DNA of 64,000 nt from Mycobacteriales bacterium. Its GTDB lineage: Bacteria; Actinomycetota; Actinomycetes; BP-191. How positions within the stretch are numbered: position 1 is the first letter of the stretch; each line of letters opens with the position of its first letter. The notes beneath the pieces were generated by a model. It was given only the letters and a program-made list of their open reading frames with translations, searched no databases and had not been told where the DNA came from. The position numbers and the translations under genes are program-made. Location of the stretch: contig DASTMB010000098.1 of NCBI GenBank assembly GCA_035714365.1, positions 70,005 through 134,004 on the forward strand. The letters are read 5' to 3'. Of this stretch, positions 12,633-25,854 are shown piece after piece.

Positions 12633-13893
12633 GCGGGGGGTCGCGCGGCGCCTGGCCCGGCGGGGGGCGCTCGCGCTGCTCCTCGCGGTCACGGCACTCC
12701 CTCCCACGACCTCGGCTTCCGGAGCTGCGGCCGCACCGGTCACGCCGTGCTCACGCGTCGCGGTGGCTCCGGACGTCCGGGATCCCACGGTCTACTGCGC
12801 AGGCGAAGTGGTGGACGAGCACCGCACCGTCACCGACGTGGCGCTGTTCGTCTCGCGGGACAGGGGACGGACCTGGACGAAGGCCACCGGGTCAGGGCTG
12901 ACGGTCCAGCCCGCCGGGGCTGCGGGAGAGGTGCTGCTCGACCTGTTCGTGTCTCCCGAGCACGCGGTCGACCACACCGTGTTCCTCGACCTCGCACCCG
13001 GAGGCCTCTACGAGTCGACCGACTACGGGACGACGTTCCTGATCGTGGACCCGTTGCTCGGGACCCGGCCCGTGCGGCCGTTCGTCACCGGCGTCTCCGC
13101 CGCGGCCACGGGTTCGGTCGGCCGGCGGACGACGCTCGTCGCCGCCGCCACCAGCAACGTCGACGGAGCGAACGCCTCGGTGCTCATCGACCCGGTCACG
13201 CATTCGCGGACGCCGATCAAGGGAACGCCCGGGCGGGATATCGCGTACGCCGTCTCGCCCAACTACCTGGAGGACCACCGCGCCTTCGCGGTCGGGGCGA
13301 GCGGAGCGGGCACCGGCGCCCTCACCGTCTACGGATGCAATCTCGCGTTCGACTGCTCCACGCCACTGAAACAGTTTCCGGCGTACTCGCGGTTCGGGCG
13401 AATCTGGATATCGGGCTCCCTCGTCGCGATCAGCATCGACGACGGTGCCGGCCACTTCGCCGTCTGGCGGTCGACCGACGGGGGCGCGCACTGGAGCGTC
13501 TGGCGTCCCGTGCAGTCGATCCTCGCGGCGTACAAGCTCGGGGCGCCGTATTACGACCTCGTGTTCCCGACGGCCCGCACCGTGTATCTCCGGACGAGCT
13601 TCGACGGCTACCGCGAGCCGCCGGGAGAGCAGCTTTTCGTGAGCCGGGACAACGGGAACACGTTCACCCGGATCGCGTGGGGCAAGGAGCCCCCCGGCCC
13701 CGCGGGGACCATGCCGTTGTTGCCGCTGCCGATGACGAACGGCGACCAGAACCTCCGCGCGGGCATCGTCGCGGTGGGTCCGGACGGGCGGATCTTCGAG
13801 ATCGGCCGGCGGCGCGACCGCACCGGTTTCACCTCGACGTTTGCCTGCACCGTCGACAACGGACGGCACTGGGCGTACCGCTGCGCCAAGTAG
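12625..13893 (+). CDS. Secreted BNR/Asp-box repeat protein (sialidase-like beta-propeller fold, function unknown)
   Basis: ATG 12625 gives MSERGVARRLARRGALALLLAVTALPPTTSASGAAA (signal peptide). Four S-x-D-x-G-x-T-W/F Asp-box motifs (SRDRGRTW, STDYGTTF, STDGGAHW, SRDNGNTF plus TVDNGRHW). Convergent with glgE (1-nt gap). Confidence 0.5.
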   Translation: MSERGVARRLARRGALALLLAVTALPPTTSASGAAAAPVTPCSRVAVAPDVRDPTVYCAGEVVDEHRTVTDVALFVSRDRGRTWTKATGSGLTVQPAGAAGEVLLDLFVSPEHAVDHTVFLDLAPGGLYESTDYGTTFLIVDPLLGTRPVRPFVTGVSAAATGSVGRRTTLVAAATSNVDGANASVLIDPVTHSRTPIKGTPGRDIAYAVSPNYLEDHRAFAVGASGAGTGALTVYGCNLAFDCSTPLKQFPAYSRFGRIWISGSLVAISIDDGAGHFAVWRSTDGGAHWSVWRPVQSILAAYKLGAPYYDLVFPTARTVYLRTSFDGYREPPGEQLFVSRDNGNTFTRIAWGKEPPGPAGTMPLLPLPMTNGDQNLRAGIVAVGPDGRIFEIGRRRDRTGFTSTFACTVDNGRHWAYRCAK

Positions 13894-13894
13894 G

Positions 13895-15886
<1,992 letters not shown>

Positions 15887-15957
15887 ACCACGGGTGAAGG
15901 TGTGGGCTCCGCAGTCTCACCCTCACGTCGCGCGCGTTCTCGCTAGGGTCGGGCGGC

Positions 15958-18447
15958 ATGAGAGCGCTGCGCCGACTGACCGTCCGGGCCACGCTGCCCG
16001 AGCCGCTCGCCCCGCTCGGCGAGCTGGTCATGAACCTCCGCTGGTCGTGGCACCACGAGTCGCTGGACCTGTTCGAGTCGGTCGACCCGGAGGTCTGGGC
16101 GGCGGTCGGGCAGGACCCGGTACGGCTGCTGGCGACCGTCTCCCGCGAACGCCTCGCCGCCCTGGCCGGCGACAAGCGGTTCCTGCGGCGGCTGTCCGAC
16201 GCGTACGACGACCTCCAGGAGTACCTGGCGAAGCCGCTCTGGTACCAGTCGCTCGACGGCGCGCCGGGCTCGATCGCGTACTTCTCGCCGGAGTTCGGCA
16301 TCACCGAGGTGCTGCCGCAGTACTCGGGCGGCCTCGGCATCCTCGCCGGCGACCACCTCAAGACCGCGAGCGACCTCGGCGTCCCGATCATCGGCGTCGG
16401 CCTGCTCTACCGCACCGGCTACTTCCGGCAGTCGCTGTCGCCGGAGGGCTGGCAGCTCGAGCACTACCCGGCGCTCGACCCGCACGGCCTGCCGCTGACC
16501 CGCCTCACCAACGCCGACGGCTCGCCGATGCGCGTCGAGGTCGGCCTGCCGGCGGGCGCGCGGCTGCGCGCGCAGGTGTGGAAGGCGCAGGTCGGCCGGG
16601 TGCCGTTGCTGCTGCTCGACTCCGACGTCGAGGACAACGCCCCGGCCGAGCGCGAGGTCACGGACCGGCTCTACGGCGGCGGCACCGACCACCGGCTGCT
16701 CCAGGAGATGCTGCTGGGCATCGGCGGCGTCCGCGCGCTGCGGGCGTTCGGGGCGGAGCCGGAGGTGTTCCACACCAACGAGGGGCACGCCGGCTTCCTC
16801 GGCCTCGAACGCATCCGCCGCCTCGTCGAGGAGGAGTCGCTCGACTGGGACGCGGCGCTGGAGGCCGTCCGCGCCGGGACCGTCTTCACGACGCACACGC
16901 CGGTGCCGGCGGGCATCGACAGGTTCCCGGCCGACCTGATCGCGGCGTACTTCGGCGGCGACAACGCCTGCCCGGGCGTGGCGGTCGAGAACATCCTCGC
17001 GCTCGGCGCGGAGCCCGGCGGCGACGGCTCGGTGTTCAACATGGCGGTGATGGGCCTGCGCCTCGCCCAGCGCGCCAACGGCGTCTCCAAGCTGCACGGC
17101 GTCGTGTCGCGCGGCATGTTCGCCGGGCTCTGGCCGGGCTTCGACGAGGCCGAGGTGCCGATCGCGTCCGTCACCAACGGCGTCCACGCCCCCACCTGGG
17201 TGGCGCGCGAGACGGCGGAGCTCGACGTGGCGACCGCGTCGGACGAGGAGCTGTGGGCGGCGCGGAGCGCGTTGCGGCGGCGGCTGGTGGAGGACGTGCG
17301 GCGGCGGGTGCGGGCGTCGTGGCTGGCGCGCGGCGCGACGCCGTCGGAGCTCGGCTGGACCGCCGACGCGCTCGACCCGGACGTGCTGACGGTCGGCTTC
17401 GCGCGACGGGTGCCGTCGTACAAGCGGCTGACGTTGATGCTGCGTTCGCCGGACCGGCTGCGCGCGCTGCTGCTGCACCCGGAGCGGCCGATGCAGCTCG
17501 TCGTCGCCGGCAAGGCGCACCCGGCCGACGACGGCGGCAAGGCGCTGGTGCAGGAGATCGTCCGCTTCGCCGACGAGGCGGACGTGCGGCACCGGATCGT
17601 GTTCCTGCCGGACTACGACATCGGCATGGCGAAGGTGCTGCTGCCCGGCTGCGACGTGTGGCTCAACAACCCGCTGCGGCCGTTGGAGGCGTGTGGCACG
17701 TCGGGGATGAAGGCGGCGCTGAACGGCGGGCTGAACCTGTCGATCCGCGACGGCTGGTGGGACGAGCTGTTCGACGGCGAGAACGGCTGGGCGATCCCGT
17801 CCGCCGACGGTGTCGTCGACCCCGACCGCCGCGACGACCTCGAGGCCGCCGCGATCTACGACCTGCTCGAGGGCACGGTGCTGCCGCGCTTCTACGACCG
17901 GGTCGGCGGCGTGCCGCGGCGGTGGATCGAGATGGTGCGGCACACGCTGCGCACGCTCGGCCCGGAGGTGCAGGCGACGCGGATGGTGCAGGAGTACGTG
18001 TCCGCGCTGTACGCGCCGGCCGCCGCGTCGTCGCGCGCGATGTCCGCGTCCTCGTACGGCGCGGCGCGGGCGCTGGCCGAGTGGCGCGGGCGGGTCGCGA
18101 AGGAGTGGCCGGGCGTCGCCGTCTCGCACGTCGAGTCCTCCGGCGTCGGCGACACCCCGGAGGTCGGCTCCACCGTGCACCTGCGCGCGATCGTCGCGCT
18201 GGGGGCGCTGGCGCCGGACGACGTGGCCGTGGAGGCGGCGTTCGGGCGGGTGGACGACGCCGACCAGATCGCCGCGCCGGAGCACCTGCCGCTCGCCTGC
18301 ACCGGCGACGCCGGGCAGGGGCAGTGGGCGTTCGAGGGCGACGTGCCGCTGGTGCGCACCGGCGCGTTCGGCTACACCGTGCGGGTCCTCCCACGTCACG
18401 CAAACCTGGCGAGCGCCGCCGAACTCGGCCTGATCACCTCGGCATGA
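15958..18447 (+). CDS. glgP: Alpha-glucan (glycogen/maltodextrin) phosphorylase, actinobacterial GlgP type (GT35)
   Basis: MRALRRLTVRATLPEPLAPLGELVMNLRWSWHHES..., PLP-site region CGTSGMKAALNGGLNLSIRDGWWDE. Divergent from glgE with a 71-bp spacer. Confidence 0.85.
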   Translation: MRALRRLTVRATLPEPLAPLGELVMNLRWSWHHESLDLFESVDPEVWAAVGQDPVRLLATVSRERLAALAGDKRFLRRLSDAYDDLQEYLAKPLWYQSLDGAPGSIAYFSPEFGITEVLPQYSGGLGILAGDHLKTASDLGVPIIGVGLLYRTGYFRQSLSPEGWQLEHYPALDPHGLPLTRLTNADGSPMRVEVGLPAGARLRAQVWKAQVGRVPLLLLDSDVEDNAPAEREVTDRLYGGGTDHRLLQEMLLGIGGVRALRAFGAEPEVFHTNEGHAGFLGLERIRRLVEEESLDWDAALEAVRAGTVFTTHTPVPAGIDRFPADLIAAYFGGDNACPGVAVENILALGAEPGGDGSVFNMAVMGLRLAQRANGVSKLHGVVSRGMFAGLWPGFDEAEVPIASVTNGVHAPTWVARETAELDVATASDEELWAARSALRRRLVEDVRRRVRASWLARGATPSELGWTADALDPDVLTVGFARRVPSYKRLTLMLRSPDRLRALLLHPERPMQLVVAGKAHPADDGGKALVQEIVRFADEADVRHRIVFLPDYDIGMAKVLLPGCDVWLNNPLRPLEACGTSGMKAALNGGLNLSIRDGWWDELFDGENGWAIPSADGVVDPDRRDDLEAAAIYDLLEGTVLPRFYDRVGGVPRRWIEMVRHTLRTLGPEVQATRMVQEYVSALYAPAAASSRAMSASSYGAARALAEWRGRVAKEWPGVAVSHVESSGVGDTPEVGSTVHLRAIVALGALAPDDVAVEAAFGRVDDADQIAAPEHLPLACTGDAGQGQWAFEGDVPLVRTGAFGYTVRVLPRHANLASAAELGLITSA

Positions 18448-18450
18448 TGC

Positions 18451-18951
18451 CTAATTCTCTGGAAGAGGTCCGAGGTTCACCATCGCGACCAGCAGGAGGA
18501 ACAGCACGGCCGCCGCAAGTGCGTAGAAACCTTTCCACCACCCGTAGCCCGAGAAGGCCTCACCACTACTCGCCACGAAGATCACGAACCCGAGGGTGGT
18601 GACGGCCAGTTGCTTCATGCGCGTGACGTGCAATACCGATCGGGCGAATAGCGGCGTCACGACGGCCCCTACGAGGAGGAGCGCGAGGTAGGCGCGGTGG
18701 ACGGCTTCGCCAGCGAACGTGTCAGGTATAGGGGCGGCAAGGACTACGTATGCGCTGACGACCTCTGCGGGCACGTACTTGAGAAGCCGGTCGAAGTAGT
18801 TGTCAGGCTTGGGTGCACCACCCGCCGGAGGTGCGGTATCGGTAGATCCGGGCATAGACGGCCCGATCTGCAGCAGAACAGCATCCCGTTGCGGTTGTGC
18901 CAGATTTGCTAGCTGTGTCGCATCTTCCAGGGTGATGATATTTCTGTTCAC
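18451..18951 (-). CDS. Small hypothetical membrane protein (166 aa; ~50-aa soluble N-terminus + 3 predicted TM helices) in a low-GC patch
   Basis: GTG start preceded by GGGGGAATA (RBS-like). VNRNIITLEDATQLANLAQ...YFDRLLKYVPAEVVSAYVVLAAPIP...LALLLVGAVVTPLF...LAVTTLGFVIFVASSG...FYALAAAVLFLLLVAMV. The region 18440-19000 is ~58-60% GC by eye versus >70% in the flanks. Listed in the track only as the 3' tail of the artefactual ORF 18451..21060. Confidence 0.4.
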   Translation of the reverse strand: MNRNIITLEDATQLANLAQPQRDAVLLQIGPSMPGSTDTAPPAGGAPKPDNYFDRLLKYVPAEVVSAYVVLAAPIPDTFAGEAVHRAYLALLLVGAVVTPLFARSVLHVTRMKQLAVTTLGFVIFVASSGEAFSGYGWWKGFYALAAAVLFLLLVAMVNLGPLPEN

Positions 18952-19001
18952 TATTCCCCCGGCGTAAGACGATGATGCGCGGAATATAGTCCGCCGTTTC
19001 C

Positions 19002-21112
<2,111 letters not shown>

Positions 21113-21116
<4 letters not shown>

Positions 21117-22054
21117 GATCCGGCCTCCGACCGGGCGTCGCCGCGGCGGGCGCGGCGGCGCCGCTCCGGCGGGAACAGGTCCTTGTCGGGCAGCGGCCCG
21201 GTGATCCGCTGGCCGCGGCGGGAGCGTTCGAGCATGGCGTGCACGACGAGCGCGTTGTGCAGCAGCGTCGCGAACTCGTCCGGCGCGGTGAGCAGCCAGC
21301 CGTGCCGGCCGTGCACGACCTCGGGCGTGAGCGCGTTGGAGATCTCGCCGAACGCGCCCGGCGTGATGAGCCGGTCCCGGTCGCCCCACACGAACAGCAC
21401 GGGCAGGCCGTCGTCGACGAGGCGCTGCGCGTCGTCCGCGAGCTGCGCGGACAGCGCGAGGTAGGCGGTGACGGCGGCGGTCACCGGGCGGCGGACGACG
21501 TTGGGGAGCAGGTCGCGGAGGACGCCGGTGACGGCATCGACGGTGGCGCGCGGGCCGGCGTCGAACATCGTGCCCGGGTGCGCCTCGGACAGCGCGCCGA
21601 GCGCCCACTGCCACCACGGCCGGCCGGTCATGCCGTCGCGGCGGCCGGGCGCGCCGCCGACGCTGTTGACGAGGGTGAGCGAACGCACCAGGTCCGGGCG
21701 GCGCGCGGCCAGCCGGATCGCGACGCCGCCGCCGAGCGAGTGGCCCATGACGAACGCCGGGGAGTCGAGCGCCAGCTCGTCCAGGAACGCCGCGACCCGG
21801 TCGGCGTAGGTGTCGAGGTGCAGCGCGCGCAGCGGCGGCGCGCTGCTGCCGCCGAAGCCGGGCAGCGCGGGCGCGATGACGCGGATGCCGGCGCGGCAGA
21901 GCGGGGTGACGGCGCGGGCGTAGACGCGCGGCGTCATGCCCCAGCCGTGCAGGAACAGCAGCGGGTCGCCCTCGCCGGCGTCGAGCCAGCGCACGCGCGC
22001 GCCGTCGACTTCGGTCGTGTGCCACGCGACGGCGGGCACGACTCGCAGCGGCAC
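21113..22054 (-). CDS. Alpha/beta-hydrolase fold protein
   Basis: LLFLHGWG oxyanion region, GHSLGG nucleophile elbow, C-terminal His region. Translationally coupled to glgX. Confidence 0.6.
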
Positions 22055-22056
22055 GT

Positions 22057-22464
22057 GTGCGAGGCTATCCGCTCGTGCCCGTCGTCGTGACCGCCGCCGA
22101 GACTCCGCTGGGCCGGGTGGTCGTGGAGCGGCTGCGCCGCGAGGGCGCGGAGGTCCGCGCCGTCGTCGGCAAGCCGGTGACCGACCTGGGCGTGCCGACC
22201 TCCCTCGCCGACTGGGGCGACGCGGAACGCCTCGGCGCGGTGCTGGAGGGCGCGCACACCGTGATCCACCTGGCCGGGCGGCGGCGGGTGCCGGACCTGC
22301 TGGCGGCGGCGGAGGGCAGCGGCGTCGTGCGGATCATCACGACCGCCCCGCACGCGGCGCTCGCGGACGCGCCGTACGAGGTGTTCGTGACGGTGGTGCG
22401 CCGGTGGCGGCCGGACCTCGCCGAGGTCGCGGAGATCCTCGTGGCGGCCGACCGCCGCGTCTGA
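22057..22464 (+). CDS. Short hypothetical protein with Rossmann-like N-terminus (possible truncated NAD(P)-binding/NmrA-like protein); doubtful gene
   Basis: PVVVTAAETPLGRVVVERLRREGAEVRAVV resembles a dinucleotide-binding beta-alpha-beta element, but the ORF is only 135 aa and its start lies 2 bp from the divergent start of the hydrolase gene. Confidence 0.25.
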   Translation: MRGYPLVPVVVTAAETPLGRVVVERLRREGAEVRAVVGKPVTDLGVPTSLADWGDAERLGAVLEGAHTVIHLAGRRRVPDLLAAAEGSGVVRIITTAPHAALADAPYEVFVTVVRRWRPDLAEVAEILVAADRRV

Positions 22465-22470
22465 CGCGGT

Positions 22471-22582
22471 GCGACCAGGAGGCGCCGGGCCGCGCGGCAC
22501 CGGTCCCGCTTGTTCCGCGCCGCTGCGCGGCGCTCCCTTCGTCGCGGGACCGGTGCCGCGCACCCCGCCGCCTCCTGGTCGC
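22471..22582. promoter_or_regulatory. Large nested inverted repeat in the leader of echA (outer arms 14+18 bp with a 7-nt mismatch bubble; inner 7-bp hairpin in the ~34-nt loop); candidate terminator/attenuator
   Basis: GCGACCAGGAGGCG-CCGGGCC-GCGCGGCACCGGTCCCGC ...loop containing GCGCCGC-TGC-GCGGCGC... GCGGGACCGGTGCCGCGC-ACCCCGC-CGCCTCCTGGTCGC. The left arm carries GGAGG and the right arm the complementary CCTCC, ~20 nt before the echA ATG (22597). Confidence 0.4.
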
Positions 22583-22596
22583 TAGGCTCGCGCCCC

Positions 22597-23372
<776 letters not shown>

Positions 23373-23373
<1 letters not shown>

Positions 23374-24269
23374 TGGACGCGAAGACGGCCAACGTCGTCT
23401 ACCACGACTACGAGGCCGACCAGTACGACGAGAAGTGGTCGATCAGCTACGACGAGCGCTGCGTCGAGTACGCGCGCGACCGGTTCGTGCGGATGGCCGG
23501 CACCGACGGCTGGCCGTACCCGAAGACGCTGGAGGTCGGCTGCGGCACCGGCTTCTTCACGCTGAACCTCCTGCTCGCCGGGGTGCTCGGCGAGGCGCAC
23601 GTCACCGACATCTCCTCCGGCATGGTGCGGGTCGCCGAGCGCAACGCGCGCGAGCTCGGCCTGACCGTGCACGGCAAGGTCGCCGACGCCGAACGCCTGC
23701 CGTACGACGACGGCACGTTCGACCTCGTCGTCGGCCACGCGGTGCTGCACCACATCCCCGACGTCGAGCTGGCGCTGCGCGAGGTGCTGCGGGTGCTGAA
23801 GCCGGGCGGGCGGTTCGTGTTCGCGGGGGAGCCGACGACGTACGGCGACCTCGTCGCGCGGCGGCTGTCGCACGCGGCGTGGGTGGCGGCGACGCGGCTG
23901 TCGCACCTGCCGCTCGTCCGCGACGGCTGGAGCCGGCCGAAGGACGAGCTGAAGGCGTCGAGCGACGCGGCGGCGCTGGAGTCGCAGGTGGACCTGCACA
24001 CGTTCCACCCGGAGGACCTGGCACGGACCGCGCTGCGCGCGGGCGCGGTCGACGTGCGCGCCGACGCCGAGGAGCTGACGGCGGCGTGGGCGGGCTGGCC
24101 GATCCGCACCGTCGAGTACGCCGTCAACCCGGAGCGGCTCGGCACGCGCTGGAAGTTCTTCGCGTTCAACACGTGGCGGCGGCTGACCTGGCTGGACGAG
24201 ACGCTGCTGCGCCGCGTCGTGCCGAAGGCGTTCTTCTACAACGCGCTCGTCACCGGCACGAAGCCGTAG
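23373..24269 (+). CDS. Class I SAM-dependent methyltransferase
   Basis: MDAKTANV...LEVGCGTGFFTLNLL (motif I)...FDLVVGHAVLHHIPD...LKPGGRFVF. ATG overlaps the echA stop (TGATG). Sits inside the long artefactual track ORF 21936..24269. Confidence 0.75.
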
Positions 24270-24271
24270 CC

Positions 24272-24559
24272 GTGGAGCTCGCGTTCGAGGCGGAGCTGTG
24301 GCAGCACGGCGGCGAGGGCGGCTGGTGCTTCGTCACGCTGCCGGTGGAGGTGGCCGACGAGGTCCGCGACGTGGTGCCGGCCGGCAACGGCTTCGGCTCG
24401 CGGCGCGTCACCGCCGAGATCGGCGAGTCGCGGTGGCAGACGTCGCTGTTCCCCGAGCGGGCGTCCGGGTCGTTCGTGCTGCCGGTCAAGCAGCCGGTGC
24501 GCCGGGCGAACGACCTCCTGCCCGGCGACCGCGTCCGCGTGCGCCTGGCCCTCGGTTAG
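24272..24559 (+). CDS. DUF1905-family small protein
   Basis: GTG start 2 nt after the methyltransferase stop; VELAFEAELWQHGGEGGWCFVTLP...SGSFVLPVKQPVRRANDLLPGDRVRVRLAL, ~95 aa. Confidence 0.5.
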   Translation: MELAFEAELWQHGGEGGWCFVTLPVEVADEVRDVVPAGNGFGSRRVTAEIGESRWQTSLFPERASGSFVLPVKQPVRRANDLLPGDRVRVRLALG

Positions 24560-24569
24560 CGTTGCGCGG

Positions 24570-25286
24570 GTGAGCCGCGACCCGCGCCAGGCGCGCTACC
24601 TGACCTGGGCGTCGTTGCGCTGGGTGTGGCGCAACCGGGCGTTCACGCCGTGGTACCTCGTGCGGTACTGGCGGTTCTTCACCTGGCGGCTGCGCAACCG
24701 GCACATCGTCACCGAGGGGTTCGTCTTCCTCGGCAAGAACGTCGAGCTCTACGCGCGCAAGGGGTTCGGCCGGATGGTCGTCGGCCGTTGGGTGCACATC
24801 GGCAACGGCAACGCGATCCGCTGCCACGAGGGCAACCTGCGCATCGGCGACAAGTGCGTCTTCGGCAAGGACAACACCGTCAACTGCTACCTGGACATCG
24901 AGTTCGGGGAGGCGGCGCTGGCGGCGGACTGGGTCTACATCTGCGACTTCGACCACGTCTTCGACGACGTGCACGTGCCGATCAAGGACCAGGGGATCGT
25001 GAAGTCGCCGGTGCGCATCGGGCGCGACGTGTGGATCGGGGAGAAGGCGTCGGTGCTGCGCGGCGTGCACATCGGCGAGGGGTCGGTCATCGCGTCGCAC
25101 TGCCTGGTCAACAAGGACGTGCCGCCGTACTCGGTCGCGGTCGGCGTGCCGGCGCGGGTGGTGCGCAACCGGCTGGACGACTACCGCGCCGCCGAGGCGA
25201 AGCGGCTGGCGCACGAGGACATCGCCCGCAAGGTCGCCGAGGCGGCCACCGAACGTGCCGCCGCCAAGGGCCGCGCCCGCCGGTAG
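24570..25286 (+). CDS. Hexapeptide-repeat (left-handed beta-helix) acyl/acetyltransferase
   Basis: Successive [LIV]-G-x-x-x-x hexapeptides (HIGNGNAIRCHEGNLRIGDKCVFGKDNTV...VRIGRDVWIGEKASVLRGVHIGEGSVIAS). Confidence 0.75.
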   Translation: MSRDPRQARYLTWASLRWVWRNRAFTPWYLVRYWRFFTWRLRNRHIVTEGFVFLGKNVELYARKGFGRMVVGRWVHIGNGNAIRCHEGNLRIGDKCVFGKDNTVNCYLDIEFGEAALAADWVYICDFDHVFDDVHVPIKDQGIVKSPVRIGRDVWIGEKASVLRGVHIGEGSVIASHCLVNKDVPPYSVAVGVPARVVRNRLDDYRAAEAKRLAHEDIARKVAEAATERAAAKGRARR

Positions 25287-25314
25287 CGGCGGCGCGGCCC
25301 TCGGCGGCTCGTTC

Positions 25315-25842
25315 CTACGGGCAGGTGACCGCGGGGTTCCAGTCCGCGAACATGCCGTTGACGTTGTCGCGCCAGATCCAGGCGTGCAGCTCGTAGAACG
25401 GCGGCAGGTCGTACCGGTTGCCCGCCGGCACCAGCTCGAACTCCTGCCCGAACAGCGACGGCGGGTCGTCGTGGTCCGCGTCCCACGCGGACGCGATGAC
25501 GACGTACTCGGCCGCGACGAGCCGCAGCGTGCCGTCGGGGCGCGGCGCGTAGACGAGCGCCTCCGGCGCGCCGGCGCTGACCGCGGGGTCCCCGACGAGC
25601 GCCCCCTGCACGTAGTGCACGCCCATGCCGCCCTCGCCGGGCTGGTCGATGCAGGCGACGCCGTCGCGGTCGGTGAACCGGCCGTACCCCTCGTCCGTGG
25701 CGACGGCGAGGTCGTGGAACCGCGCGGTGGCCGCGCGGGCGGTGGCGAGCTCGGGCGGCGCCGCCAGGGCGGTGCCGGTGAGCGCGAGGCAGGTGGCGAC
25801 GGTCGCCGCGGCGACGGTGCCGGTCCGCTGGATGGTGCGCAT
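25315..25842 (-). CDS. Secreted hypothetical protein (signal peptide)
   Basis: MRTIQRTGTVAAATVATCLALTGTALAAPPE signal peptide; 175 aa; last gene of a three-gene minus-strand run behind the DUF4242-like and PAP2 genes. Confidence 0.4.
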   Translation of the reverse strand: MRTIQRTGTVAAATVATCLALTGTALAAPPELATARAATARFHDLAVATDEGYGRFTDRDGVACIDQPGEGGMGVHYVQGALVGDPAVSAGAPEALVYAPRPDGTLRLVAAEYVVIASAWDADHDDPPSLFGQEFELVPAGNRYDLPPFYELHAWIWRDNVNGMFADWNPAVTCP

Positions 25843-25854
25843 GGGAGGTTCCCC

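Noticed and set aside
18697-18912. 71-aa plus-strand ORF in the low-GC patch
   Set aside because: Antisense to the 166-aa membrane-protein ORF, which has the better RBS and coherent TM pattern.
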